This document shows positions 26,401 through 40,000 of a stretch of 64,000 nucleotides of DNA, in pieces; position 1 is the stretch's first letter, and each line of letters begins with the position of its first letter. The notes beneath the pieces were generated by a model. It saw only the letters and a list, made by a program, of their open reading frames with translations, had not been told where the DNA came from and ran no database searches. The position numbers were made by a program, and so were the translations under genes. The DNA comes from Azolla caroliniana (Eukaryota > Plantae > Polypodiophyta). Location of the stretch: the NCBI GenBank assembly GCA_043228905.1, contig JBHGNT010000063.1:62001-126000 (forward strand), read 5' to 3'.

Positions 26401-28560
26401 AAACTCAAGTCCAGAGACATGACGAAAATAGCAAACTTGAGGAGGGAGTTGAGAGGAGCCCTTGAGTAAATTAAAATGTTCATACCTGGCTCGTGTGATA
26501 TCGGATTTTTGTGTTCAAACATGCAAATCGAAGCTAACAACGCGAGCTATGATATGGAATTAAAAAATCAAGATTTTGAAACTCAGGTCGAGAGACATGA
26601 CGAAATTACCAAATTTGAGGAGTGAGTTGAGAGGAGCCCTTGAGTAAATTAAAATGTTCATACCTGGCTCGTGTGATATCGGATTTTTGTGTTCAAACAT
26701 GCAAATCGAAGCTAACAACGCTAGCTATGATATGGAATTAAAAAATCAAGATTTTGAAACTCAGGTCGAGAGACATGACGAAATTACCAAATTTGAGGAG
26801 TGAGTTGAGAAGAGCCCTTGAGTAAATTAAAATGTTCATACCTGGCTCGTGTGATATCGGAATTTTGTGTTCAAACATGCAAATCGAAGCTAACAACGCT
26901 AGGTATGATATGGAATTAAAAAATCAAGATTTTGAAACTCAAGTCGAGAGACATGACGAAATTACCAAATTTGAGGAGTGAGTTGAGAAGAGCCCTTGAG
27001 TAAATTAAAATGTGCATACCTGGCTCGTGTGATATCGGAATTTTGTGTTCAAACTTGCAAATCGAAGCTAACAACGCTAGCTATGATATGGAATTAAAAA
27101 ATCAAGATTTCGAAACTCAGGTCGAGAGACATGACGAAATTATCAAATTTGAGGAGTGAGTTGAGAACAGCCCTTGAGTAAATTAAAATGTTCATACCTG
27201 GCTCGTGTAATATCGGATTTTTGTGTTCAAACATGCGAATCGAAGCTAACACTTCTAGCTATGATATGGAATCAAAAAATCAAGATTTTTAAACTCAGGT
27301 CGAGAGACATGACGAAATTACCAAATTTGAGGAGTGAGTTGAGAAGAGCTAGTAGGTAAATTTAAATGTTCATACCTAGCTCGTGTGATATCGGATTTTT
27401 GTGTTCAAACATGCAAATCGAAGCTAACAACGCTAGCTATGATATGGAATTAAAAATTCTAGAATTTGAAACTCAGGTCAAAAGACATGACGAAAATAGC
27501 AAACTTGAGGAGGGAGTTGAGAGGAGCCCTTGAGTAAATTAAAATGTTCATACCTGGCTCGTGTGATATCGGATTTTTGTGTTCAAACATGCAAATCGAA
27601 GCTAACAACGCTAGCTATGATATGGAATTAAAAAATCAAGAATTTGAAACTCAGGTCGAGAGACATGACGAAATTACCAAATTTGAGGAGTGAGTTGAGA
27701 ACAGCCCTTGAGTAAATTAAAATGTTCATACCTGGCTCGTGTGATATCGGATTTTTGTGTTCAAACATGCAAATCGAAGCTAACAACGCTAGCTATGATA
27801 TGGAATTAAAAAATCAAGAATTTGAAACTCAGGTCGAGAGACATGACGAAATTACCAAATTTGAGGAGTGAGTTGAGAACAGCCCTTGAGTAAATTAAAA
27901 TGTTCATACCTGGCTCGTGTGATATCGGACATTTGTGTTCAAACATGCAAATCGAAGCTAACAACGCTAGCTATGATATGGAATTAAAAAATCAAGATTT
28001 TGAAACTCAAGTCCAGAGACATGACGAAAATAGCAAACTTGAGGAGGGAGTTGAGAGGAGCCCTTGAGTTAATTAAAATGTTCATACCTGGCTCGTGTGA
28101 TATCGGATTTTTGTGTTTAAACATGCAAACCGAAGCTAACAACGCTAGCTATGATATGGAATTAAAAAATCAAGAGTTTGAAACTCAGGTCGAGAGACAT
28201 GACGAAATTACCAAATTTGAGGAGTGAGTTGAGAAGAGCTAGTAGGTAAATTTAAATGTTCATACCTAGCTCGTGTGATATCGGATTTTTGTGTTCAAAC
28301 ATGCAAATCGAAGCTAACAACGCTAGCTATGATATGGAATTAAAAATTCAAGAATTTGAAACTCAGGTCAAGAGACATGACGAAAATAGCAAACTTGAGG
28401 AGGGAGTTGAGAGGAGCCCTTGAGTAAATTAAAATGTTCATACCTGGCTCGTGTGATATCGGATTTTTGTGTTCAAACATGCAAATCGAAGCTAACAACG
28501 CTAGCTATGATATGGAATTAAAAAATCAAGATTTTGAAACTCAGGTCGAGAGACATGACG
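20470..28560. repeat. 24-mer (4272 bp) duplication, nearly two copies
   Basis: ORF pairs 20944/25216, 22902/27174 and 23728/28000 are all 4272 apart. The private variant AAATTCTAGAATTT/GGTCAAAAG is at 23182 and 27454. Confidence 0.9.
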
Positions 28561-31327
28561 AAATTACCAAATTTGAGGAGTGAGTTGAGAAAAGGTAGTA
28601 GGTAAATTTAAATGTTCATACTTGGCTCGTGTGATATCGGATTTTGGTGTTCACACATGCGAATCGAAGCTAACAACGCTAGCTATGATATGGAATTAAA
28701 AAATCAAGATTTTGAAACTCAAGTCGAGAGACATGACAAAATTACCAAGTTTGAGGAGGGAGTTGAGAGGAGCCCTTGAGTAAATTAAAATGTTCATACC
28801 TGGCTCGTGTGATATCGGATTTTTGTGTTCACACATGCGAATCGAAGCTAACAACGCTAGCTATGATATGGAATTAAAAAATCAAGATTTTGAAACTCAA
28901 GTCAAGAGACATGACGAAATTACCAAATTTGAGGAGTGAGTTGAGAAGAGCCCTTGAGTAAATTAAAATGTTCATACCTGGCTCGTGTGATATCGGATTT
29001 TTGTGTTCAAACATGCATATCGAAGCTAACGACGCGAGCTATGATATAGAATTAAAAAATCAAGATTTTGAAACTCAGGTCGAGAGACATGAAAAAATTA
29101 CCAAATTTGAGGAGTGAGTTGAGAACAGCCCTTGAGTAAATTAAAATATTCATACCTGGCTCGTGCGATATCGGATTTTTGTGTTCAAACATGCAAATCG
29201 AAGCTAACAACGCTAGCTATGATATGGAATTAAAAAATCAAGATTTTTAAACTCAGGTCGAGAGACATGACGAAATTACCAAATTTGAGGAGTGAGTTGA
29301 GAAGAGCTAGTAGGTAAATTTAAATGTTCATACCTAGCTCGTGTGATATCGGATTTTTGTGTTCAAACATGCAAATCGAAGCTAACAACGCTAGCTATGA
29401 TATGGAATTAAAAATTCAAGAATTTGAAAGTCAGGTCAAGAGACATGACGAAAATAGCAAACTTGAGGAGGGAGTTGAGAGGAGCCCTTGAGTAAATTAA
29501 AATGTTCATACCTGGCTCGTGTGATATCGGATTTTTGTGTTCAAACATGCAAATCGAAGCTAACAACGCTAGCTATGATATGGAATTAAAAAATCAAGAA
29601 TTTGAAACTCAGGTCGAGAGACATGACGAAATTACCAAATTTGAGGAGTGAGTTGAGAACAGCCCTTGAGTAAATTAAAATGTTCATACCTGGCTCGTGT
29701 GATATCGGAATTTTGTGTTCAAACATGCAAATCGAAGCTAACAACGCGAGCTACGATATGGAATTAAAAAATCAAGATTTTGAAACTCAGGTTGAGAGAC
29801 ATCACGAAATTACCAAATTTGAGGAGGGAGTTGAGAGGAGCCCTTGAGTAAATTAAAATGTTCATACCTGGCTCGTGTGATATCGGATTTTTGTGTTCAA
29901 ACATGCAAATCGAAGCTAACAACGCTAGCTATGATATGGAATTAAAAAATCAAGATTTTGAAACTCAGGTCGAGAGACATGACGAAATTACCAAATTTGA
30001 GGAGTGAGTTGAGAAGAGCTAGTAGGTAAATTTAAATGTTCATACTTGGCTCGTGTGATATCGGATTTTGGTGTTCACACATGCGAATCGAAGCTAACAA
30101 CGCTAGCTATGATATGGAATTAAAAAATCAAGATTTTGAAACTCAAGTCGAGAGACATGACAAAATTACCAAGTTTGAGGAGGGAGTTGAGAGGAGCCCT
30201 TGAGTAAATTAAAATGTTCATACCTGGCTCGTGTGATATTGGATTTTTGTGTTCACACATGCGAATCGAAGCTAACAACGCTAGCTATGATATGGAATTA
30301 AAAAATCAAGATTTTGAAACTCAAGTCAAGAGACATGACGAAATTACCAAATTTGAGGAGTGAGTTGAGAAGAGCCCTTGAGTAAATTAAAATGTTCATA
30401 CCTGGCTCGTGTGATATCGGATTTTTGTGTTCAAACATGCATATCGAAGCTAACGACGCGAGCTATGATATAGAATTAAAAAATCAAGATTTTGAAACTC
30501 AGGTCGAGAGACATGAAAAAATTACCAAATTTGAGGAGTGAGTTGAGAACAGCCCTTGAGTAAATTAAAATATTCATACCTGGCTCGTGCGATATCGGAT
30601 TTTTGTGTTCAAACATGCAAATCGAAGCTAACAACGCTAGCTATGATATGGAATTAAAAAATCAAGATTTTTAAACTCAGGTCGAGAGACATGACGAAAT
30701 TACCAAATTTGAGGAGTGAGTTGAGAAGAGCTAGTAGGTAAATTTAAATGTTCATACCTAGCTCGTGTGATATCGGATTTTTGTGTTCAAACATGCAAAT
30801 CGAAGCTAACAACGCTAGCTATGATATGGAATTAAAAATTCAAGAATTTGAAAGTCAGGTCAAGAGACATGACGAAAATAGCAAACTTGAGGAGGGAGTT
30901 GAGAGGAGCCCTTGAGTAAATTAAAATGTTCATACCTGGCTCGTGTGATATCGGATTTTTGTGTTCAAACATGCAAATCGAAGCTAACAACGCTAGCTAT
31001 GATATGGAATTAAAAAATCAAGAATTTGAAACTCAGGTCGAGAGACATGACGAAATTACCAAATTTGAGGAGTGAGTTGAGAACAGCCCTTGAGTAAATT
31101 AAAATGTTCATACCTGGCTCGTGTGATATCGGAATTTTGTGTTCAAACATGCAAATCGAAGCTAACAACGCGAGCTACGATATGGAATTAAAAAATCAAG
31201 ATTTTGAAACTCAGGTCGAGAGACATGACGAAATTACCAAATTTGAGGAGGGAGTTGAGAGGAGCCCTTGAGTAAATTAAAATGTTCATACCTGGCTCGT
31301 GTGATATCGGATTTTTGTGTTCAAACA
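28480..31327. repeat. 8-mer HOR (1424 bp), two copies, same unit as 16199-20469
   Basis: CGTGCGATATC at 29162 and 30586, with the same marker order as the earlier 8-mer. Confidence 0.9.
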
Positions 31328-32750
31328 TGCAAATCGAAGCTAACAACGCTAGCTATGATATGGAATTAAAAAATCAAGATTTTGAAACTCAGGTCGAGAG
31401 ACATGACGAAATTACCAAATTTGAGGAGTGAGTTGAGAAAAGGTAGTAGGTAAATTTAAATGTTCATACTTGGCTCGTGTGATATCGGATTTTTGTGTTC
31501 ACACATGCGAATCTAAGCTAACAACGCTAGCTATGATATGGAATTAAAAAATCAAGATTTTGAAACTCAAGTCCAGAGACATGACGAAAATAGCAAACTT
31601 GAGGAGGGAGTTGAGAGGAGCCCTTGAGTAAATTAAAATGTTCATACCTGGCTCGTGTGATATCGGATTTTTGTGTTCAAACATGCAAATCGAAGCTAAC
31701 AACGCTAGCTATGATATGGAATTAAAAAATCAAGATTTTGAAACTCAGGTCGAGAGACATGACGAAATTATCAAATTTGAGGAGTGAGTTGAGAACAGCC
31801 CTTGAGTAAATTAAAATGTTCATACCTGGCTCGTGTGATATCGGATTTTTGTGTTCAAACATGCAAATCGAAGCTAACAACGCTAGCTATGATATGGAAT
31901 TAAAAAATCAAGAATTTGAAACTCAGGTCGAGAGACATGACGAAATTACCAAATTTGAGGAGTGAGTTGAGAACAGCCCTTGAGTAAATTAAAATGTTCA
32001 TACCTGGCTCGTGTGATATCGGAATTTTGTGTTCAAACATGCAAATCGAAGCTAACAACGCGAGCTACGATATGGAATTAAAAAATCAAGATTTTGAAAC
32101 TCAGGTCGAGAGACATGACGAAATTACCAAATTTGAGGAGGGAGTTGAGAGGAGCCCTTGAGTAAATTAAAATGTTCATACCTGGCTCGTGTGATATCGG
32201 ATTTTTGTGTTCAAACATGCAAATCGAAGCTAACAACGCTAGCTATGATATGGAATTAAAAAATCAAGATTTTGAAACTCAGGTCGAGAGACATGACGAA
32301 ATTACCAAATTTGAGGAGTGAGTTGAGAAAAGGTAGTAGGTAAATTTAAATGTTCATACTTGGCTCGTGTGATATCGGATTTTTGTGTTCACACATGCGA
32401 ATCTAAGCTAACAACGCTAGCTATGATATGGAATTAAAAAATCAAGATTTTGAAACTCAAGTCCAGAGACATGACGAAAATAGCAAACTTGAGGAGGGAG
32501 TTGAGAGGAGCCCTTGAGTAAATTAAAATGTTCATACCTGGCTCGTGTGATATCGGATTTTTGTGTTCAAACATGCAAATCGAAGCTAACAACGCTAGCT
32601 ATGATATGGAATTAAAAAATCAAGATTTTGAAACTCAGGTCGAGAGACATGACGAAATTATCAAATTTGAGGAGTGAGTTGAGAACAGCCCTTGAGTAAA
32701 TTAAAATGTTCATACCTGGCTCGTGTAATATCGGATTTTTGTGTTCAAAC
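30970..32750. repeat. 5-mer (890 bp) tandem duplication
   Basis: GCGAGCTACGA at about 31170 and 32060, and AGAAAAGGTAGTAGG at about 31436 and 32326, both 890 bp apart. Boundaries are approximate. Confidence 0.85.
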
Positions 32751-35599
32751 ATGCGAATCGAAGCTAACACTTCTACCTATGATATGGAATCAAAAAATCA
32801 AGATTTTTAAACTCAGGTCGAGAGACATGACGAAATTACCAAATTTGAGGAGTGAGTTGAGAAGAGCTAGTAGGTAAATTTAAATGTTCATACCTAGCTC
32901 GTGTGATATCGGATTTTTGTGTTCAAACATGCAAATCGAAGCTAACAACGCTAGCTATGATATGGAATTAAAAATTCAAGAATTTGAAAGTCAGGTCAAG
33001 AGACATGACGAAAATAGCAAACTTGAGGAGGGAGTTGAGAGGAGCCCTTGAGTAAATTAAAATGTTCATACCTGGCTCGTGTGATATCGGATTTTTGTGT
33101 TCAAACATGCAAATCGAAGCTAACAACGCTAGCTATGATATGGAATTAAAAAATCAAGATTTTGAAACTCAGGTCGAGAGACATGACGAAATTACCAAAT
33201 TTGAGGAGTGAGTTGAGAAGAGCTAGTAGGTAAATTTAAATGTTCATACTTGGCTCGTGTGATATCGGATTTTTGTGTTCACACATGCGAATCGAAGCTA
33301 ACAACGCTAGCTATGATATGGAATTAAAAAATCAAGATTTTGAAACTCAAGTCGAGAGACATGACAAAATTACCAAGTTTGAGGAGGGAGTTGAGAGGAG
33401 CCCTTGAGTAAATTAAAATGTTCATACCTGGCTCGTGTGATATCGGATTTTTGTGTTCACACATGCGAATCGAAGCTAACAACGCTAGCTATGATATGGA
33501 ATTAAAAAATCAAGATTTTGAAACTCAAGTCAAGAGACATGACGAAATTACCAAATTTGAGGAGTGAGTTGAGAAGAGCCCTTGAGTAAATTAAAATGTT
33601 CATACCTGGCTCGTGTGATATCGGATTTTTGTGTTCAAACATGCATATCGAAGCTAACGACGCGAGCTATGATATAGAATTAAAAAATCAAGATTTTGAA
33701 ACTCAGGTCGAGAGACATGAAAAAATTACCAAATTTGAGGAGTGAGTTGAGAACAGCCCTTGAGTAAATTAAAATATTCATACCTGGCTCGTGCGATATC
33801 GGATTTTTGTGTTCAAACATGCAAATCGAAGCTAACAACGCTAGCTATGATATGGAATTAAAAAATCAAGATTTTGAAACTCAAGTCCAGAGACATGACG
33901 AAAATAGCAAACTTGAGGAGGGAGTTGAGAGGAGCCCTTGAGTAAATTAAAATGTTCATACCTGGCTCGTGTGATATCGGATTTTTGTGTTCAAACATGC
34001 AAATCGAAGCTAACAACGCGAGCTATGATATGGAATTAAAAAATCAAGATTTTGAAACTCAGGTCGAGAGACATGACGAAATTACCAAATTTGAGGAGTG
34101 AGTTGAGAGGAGCCCTTGAGTAAATTAAAATGTTCATACCTGGCTCGTGTGATATCGGATTTTTGTGTTCAAACATGCAAATCGAAGCTAACAACGCTAG
34201 CTATGATATGGAATTAAAAAATCAAGATTTTGAAACTCAGGTCGAGAGACATGACGAAATTACCAAATTTGAGGAGTGAGTTGAGAAGAGCCCTTGAGTA
34301 AATTAAAATGTTCATACCTGGCTCGTGTGATATCGGAATTTTGTGTTCAAACATGCAAATCGAAGCTAACAACGCTAGGTATGATATGGAATTAAAAAAT
34401 CAAGATTTTGAAACTCAAGTCGAGAGACATGACGAAATTACCAAATTTGAGGAGTGAGTTGAGAAGAGCCCTTGAGTAAATTAAAATGTGCATACCTGGC
34501 TCGTGTGATATCGGAATTTTGTGTTCAAACTTGCAAATCGAAGCTAACAACGCTAGCTATGATATGGAATTAAAAAATCAAGATTTCGAAACTCAGGTCG
34601 AGAGACATGACGAAATTATCAAATTTGAGGAGTGAGTTGAGAACAGCCCTTGAGTAAATTAAAATGTTCATACCTGGCTCGTGTAATATCGGATTTTTGT
34701 GTTCAAACATGCGAATCGAAGCTAACAACACTAGCTATGATATGGAATAAGAAAATCAAGATTTTGAAACTCAGGTCGAGAGACATGACGAAATTACCAA
34801 ATTTGAGGAGTGAGTTGAGAAGAGCCCTTGAGTAAATTAAAATGTTCATACCTGGCTCGTGTGATATCGGAATTTTGTGTTCAAACATGCAAATCGAAGC
34901 TAACAACGCTAGCTATGATATGGAATTAAAAATTCAAGAATTTGAAACTCAGGTCAAGAGACATGACGAAAATAGCAAACTTGAGGAGGGAGTTGAGAGG
35001 AGCCCTTGAGTAAATTAAAATGTTCATACCTGGCTCGTGTGATATCGGATTTTTGTGTTCAAACATGCAAATCGAAGCTAACAACGCTAGCTATGATATG
35101 GAATTAAAAAATCAAGATTTTGAAACTCAGGTCGAGAGACATGACGAAATTACCAAATTTGAGGAGTGAGTTGAGAAGAGCTAGTAGGTAAATTTAAATG
35201 TTCATACTTGGCTCGTGTGATATCGGATTTTGGTGTTCACACATGCGAATCGAAGCTAACAACGCTAGCTATGATATGGAATTAAAAAATCAAGATTTTG
35301 AAACTCAAGTCGAGAGACATGACAAAATTACCAAGTTTGAGGAGGGAGTTGAGAGGAGCCCTTGAGTAAATTAAAATGTTCATACCTGGCTCGTGTAATA
35401 TCGGATTTTTGTGTTCAAACATGCGAATCGAAGCTAACACTTCTAGCTATGATATGGAATTAAAAAATCAAGATTTTGAAACTCAGGTCGAGAGACATGA
35501 CGAAATTACCAAATTTGAGGAGTGAGTTGAGAAGAGCTAGTAGGTAAATTTAAATGTTCATACCTAGCTCGTGTGATATCGGATTTTTGTGTTCAAACA

Positions 35600-36666
35600 T
35601 GCAAATCGAAGCTAACAACGCTAGCTATGATATGGAATTAAAAATTCAAGAATTTCAACTCAGGTCGAGAGACATGACGAAAATAGCAAACTTGAGGAGG
35701 GAGTTGAGAGGAGGCCTTGAGTAAATTAAAATGTTCATACCTGGCTCGTGTGATATCGGATTTTTGTGTTCAAACATGCAAATCGAAGCTAACAACGCTA
35801 GCTATGATATGGAATTAAAAAATCAAGATTTTGAAACTCAGGTCGAGAGACATGACGAAATTACCAAATTTGAGGAGTGAGTTGAGAAAAGGTAGTAGGT
35901 AAATTTAAATGTTCATACTTGGCTCGTGTGATATCGGATTTTTGTGTTCACACATGCGAATCTAAGCTAACAACGCTAGCTATGATATGGAATTAAAAAA
36001 TCAAGATTTTGAAACTCAAGTCCAGAGACATGACGAAAATAGCAAACTTGAGGAGGGAGTTGAGAGGAGCCCTTGAGTAAATTAAAATGTTCATACCTGG
36101 CTCGTGTGATATCGGATTTTTGTGTTCAAACATGCAAATCGAAGCTAACAACGCTAGCTATGATATGGAATTAAAAATTCAAGAATTTCAACTCAGGTCG
36201 AGAGACATGACGAAAATAGCAAACTTGAGGAGGGAGTTGAGAGGAGGCCTTGAGTAAATTAAAATGTTCATACCTGGCTCGTGTGATATCGGATTTTTGT
36301 GTTCAAACATGCAAATCGAAGCTAACAACGCTAGCTATGATATGGAATTAAAAAATCAAGATTTTGAAACTCAGGTCGAGAGACATGACGAAATTACCAA
36401 ATTTGAGGAGTGAGTTGAGAAAAGGTAGTAGGTAAATTTAAATGTTCATACTTGGCTCGTGTGATATCGGATTTTTGTGTTCACACATGCGAATCTAAGC
36501 TAACAACGCTAGCTATGATATGGAATTAAAAAATCAAGATTTTGAAACTCAAGTCCAGAGACATGACGAAAATAGCAAACTTGAGGAGGGAGTTGAGAGG
36601 AGCCCTTGAGTAAATTAAAATGTTCATACCTGGCTCGTGTGATATCGGATTTTTGTGTTCAAACAT
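35600..36666. repeat. 3-mer (533 bp) tandem duplication including a 177-bp monomer
   Basis: The 1-bp-deleted variant AATTTCAACTCAGG is at 35651 and 36184 (533=3x178-1). Each copy is followed by GAGGCCTT and AGAAAAGGTAGTAGG. Confidence 0.88.
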
Positions 36667-37021
36667 GCAAATCGAAGCTAACAACGCTAGCTATGATATG
36701 GAATTAAAAAATCAAGATTTTGAAACTCAGGTCGAGAGACATGACGAAATTACCAAATTTGAGGAGTGAGTTGAGAAGAGCCCTTGAGTAAATTAAAATG
36801 TTCATACCTGGCTCGTGTGATATCGGAATTTTGTGTTCAAACATGCAAATCGAAGCTAACAACGCTAGGTATGATATGGAATTAAAAAATCAAGATTTTG
36901 AAACTCAAGTCGAGAGACATGACGAAATTACCAAATTTGAGGAGTGAGTTGAGAAGAGCCCTTGAGTAAATTAAAATGTTCATACCTGGCTCGTGTGATA
37001 TCGAAATTTTGTGTTCAAACA

Positions 37022-40000
37022 TGCAAATCGAAGCTATCAACGCTAGCTATGATATGGAATTAAAAAATCAAGATTTTGAAACTGAGGTCGAGAGACATGA
37101 GGAAATTATCAAATTTGAGGAGTGAGTTGAGAACAGCCCTTGAGTAAATTAAAATGTTCATACCTGGCTCGTGTAATATCGGATTTTTGTGTTCAAACAT
37201 GCGAATCGAAGCTAACACTTCTAGCTATGATATGGAATTAAAAAATCAAGATTTTGAAACTCAGGTCGAGAGACATGACGAAATTACCAAATTTGAGGAG
37301 TGAGTTGAGAAGAGCTAGTAGGTAAATTTAAATGTTCATACCTAGCTCGTGTGATATCGGATTTTTGTGTTCAAACATGCAAATCGAAGCTAACAACGCT
37401 AGCTATGATATGGAATTAAAAATTCAAGAATTTGAACTCAGGTCGAGAGACATGACGAAAATAGCAAACTTGAGGAGGGAGTTGAGAGGAGGCCTTGAGT
37501 AAATTAAAATGTTCATACCTGGCTCGTGTGATATCGGATTTTTGTGTTCAAACATGCAAATCGAAGCTAACAACGCTAGCTATGATATGGAATTAAAAAA
37601 TCAAGATTTTGAAACTCAGGTCGAGAGACATGACGAAATTACCAAATTTGAGGAGTGAGTTGAGAAAAGGTAGTAGGTAAATTTAAATGTTCATACTTGG
37701 CTCGTGTGATATCGGATTTTTGTGTTCACACATGCGAATCTAAGCTAACAACGCTAGCTATGATATGGAATTAAAAAATCAAGATTTTGAAACTCAAGTT
37801 GAGAGACATGACGAAATTACCAAATTTGAGGAGTGAGTTGAGAAGAGCCCTTGAGTAAATTAAAATGTTCATACCTGGCTCGTGTGATATCGGATTTTTG
37901 TGTTCAAACATGCATATCGAAGCTAACGACGCGAGCTATGATATAGAATTAAAACATCAACATTTTGAAACTTAGGTCGAGAGACATGACGAAAATAGCA
38001 AACTTGAGGAGGGAGTTGAGAGGAGCCCTTGAGTAAATTAAAATGTTCATACCTCGCTCATGTGATATAGGATTTTTGTGTTCAAACATGCGAATCGAAG
38101 CTAACAAGGCTAGCTATGATATGGAATTAAAAATCAAGATTTTGAAACTCAGGTCGATAGAGATGACGAAATTACCAAATTTGAGGAGGGAGTTGAGAAG
38201 AGCTCGTGAGTAAATTAAAATGTTCATACCTGGCCCATGTGATATGCGATTTTAGTGTTTAAACATGCCAATCGAAGCTAACAACAGTAGCTATGATATC
38301 GAATTAAAAAATCAAGATTTTGAAACTCAGGTCGAGAGACATGACGAAATTACCAAATTTGAGGAGGGAGTTGAGAAGAGCTCGTGAGTAAATTAAAATG
38401 TTCATACCTGGCCCATGTGATATGCAATTTTAGTGTTCAAACATGCGAGTCGAAGCTAACAACAGTAGCAATGGTATGGAATTAAAGAATCAAGATATGA
38501 CGAAATTAGCAAACTTGAGGAGGGAGTTGAGAGGAGCCCTTGAGTAAATGAAAATGTTCATACGTGGCTCGTGTGATATCGGATTTTTGTGTTCAAACAT
38601 GCGAATGGAAGCTAACAACGCTAGCTATGATATGGAATTAAGAAAATCAAGATTTTGAAACTCAGGTTGAGAGACATGAAGAAATTTGCGAATTAGAAGA
38701 AGGAATTGAGAAGAGCCCTAGAGTAAATTAAAATTTTCATACGTGTCCCTTGTGATAGCGGGTTTTAGTGTTCAAACATGCGAATCGAAGCTAACAAGGC
38801 TAGCTATGATATGGAATTAAAAAATCAAGAATTTGAAACTCAGGTCGAGAGACATGACGAAAATAGCAAACCTGAGGACGGAGTTGAGACGAGCCCTTGA
38901 GTAAATTAAAATGTTCATACCTGGCTCGTGTGATATCGGAATTTTGTGTTCAAATATGCAAATCGAAGCTAACAACGCGAGCTATGATATGGAATTAAAA
39001 AATCAAGATTTTGAAACTCAGGTCGAGAGACATCACGAAATTACCAAATTTGAGGAGTGAGTTGAGAACAGCCCTTGAGTAAATTAAAATGTTCATACCT
39101 GGCTCGTGTAATATCGGATTTTTGTGTTCAAACATGCGAATCGAAGCTAACGACGCGAGCTATGATATGGAATTAAAAAATCAAGAATTTGAAACTCAGG
39201 TCGAGAGACATGAAGAAATTACCAAATTTGAGGAGTGAGTTGAGAAGAGCCCTTGAGTAAATTAAAATGTTCATACCTGGCTCGTGTGATATCGAAATTT
39301 TGTGTTCAAACATGCAAATCGAAGCTAACAACGCTAGCTATGATATGGAATTAAAAAATCAAGATTTTGAAACTGAGGTCGAGAGACATGAGGAAATTAT
39401 CAAATTTGAGGAGTGAGTTGAGAACAGCCCTTGAGTAAATTAAAATGTTCATACCTGGCTCGTGTAATATCGGATTTTTGTGTTCAAACATGCGAATCGA
39501 AGCTAACACTTCTAGCTATGATATGGAATTAAAAAATCAAGATTTTGAAACTCAGGTCGAGAGACATGACGAAATTACCAAATTTGAGGAGTGAGTTGAG
39601 AAGAGCTAGTAGGTAAATTTAAATGTTCATACCTAGCTCGTGTGATATCGGATTTTTGTGTTCAAACATGCAAATCGAAGCTAACAACGCTAGCTATGAT
39701 ATGGAATTAAAAATTCAAGAATTTGAACTCAGGTCGAGAGACATGACGAAAATAGCAAACTTGAGGAGGGAGTTGAGAGGAGGCCTTGAGTAAATTAAAA
39801 TGTTCATACCTGGCTCGTGTGATATCGGATTTTTGTGTTCAAACATGCAAATCGAAGCTAACAACGCTAGCTATGATATGGAATTAAAAAATCAAGATTT
39901 TGAAACTCAGGTCGAGAGACATGACGAAATTACCAAATTTGAGGAGTGAGTTGAGAAAAGGTAGTAGGTAAATTTAAATGTTCATACTTGGCTCGTGTGA

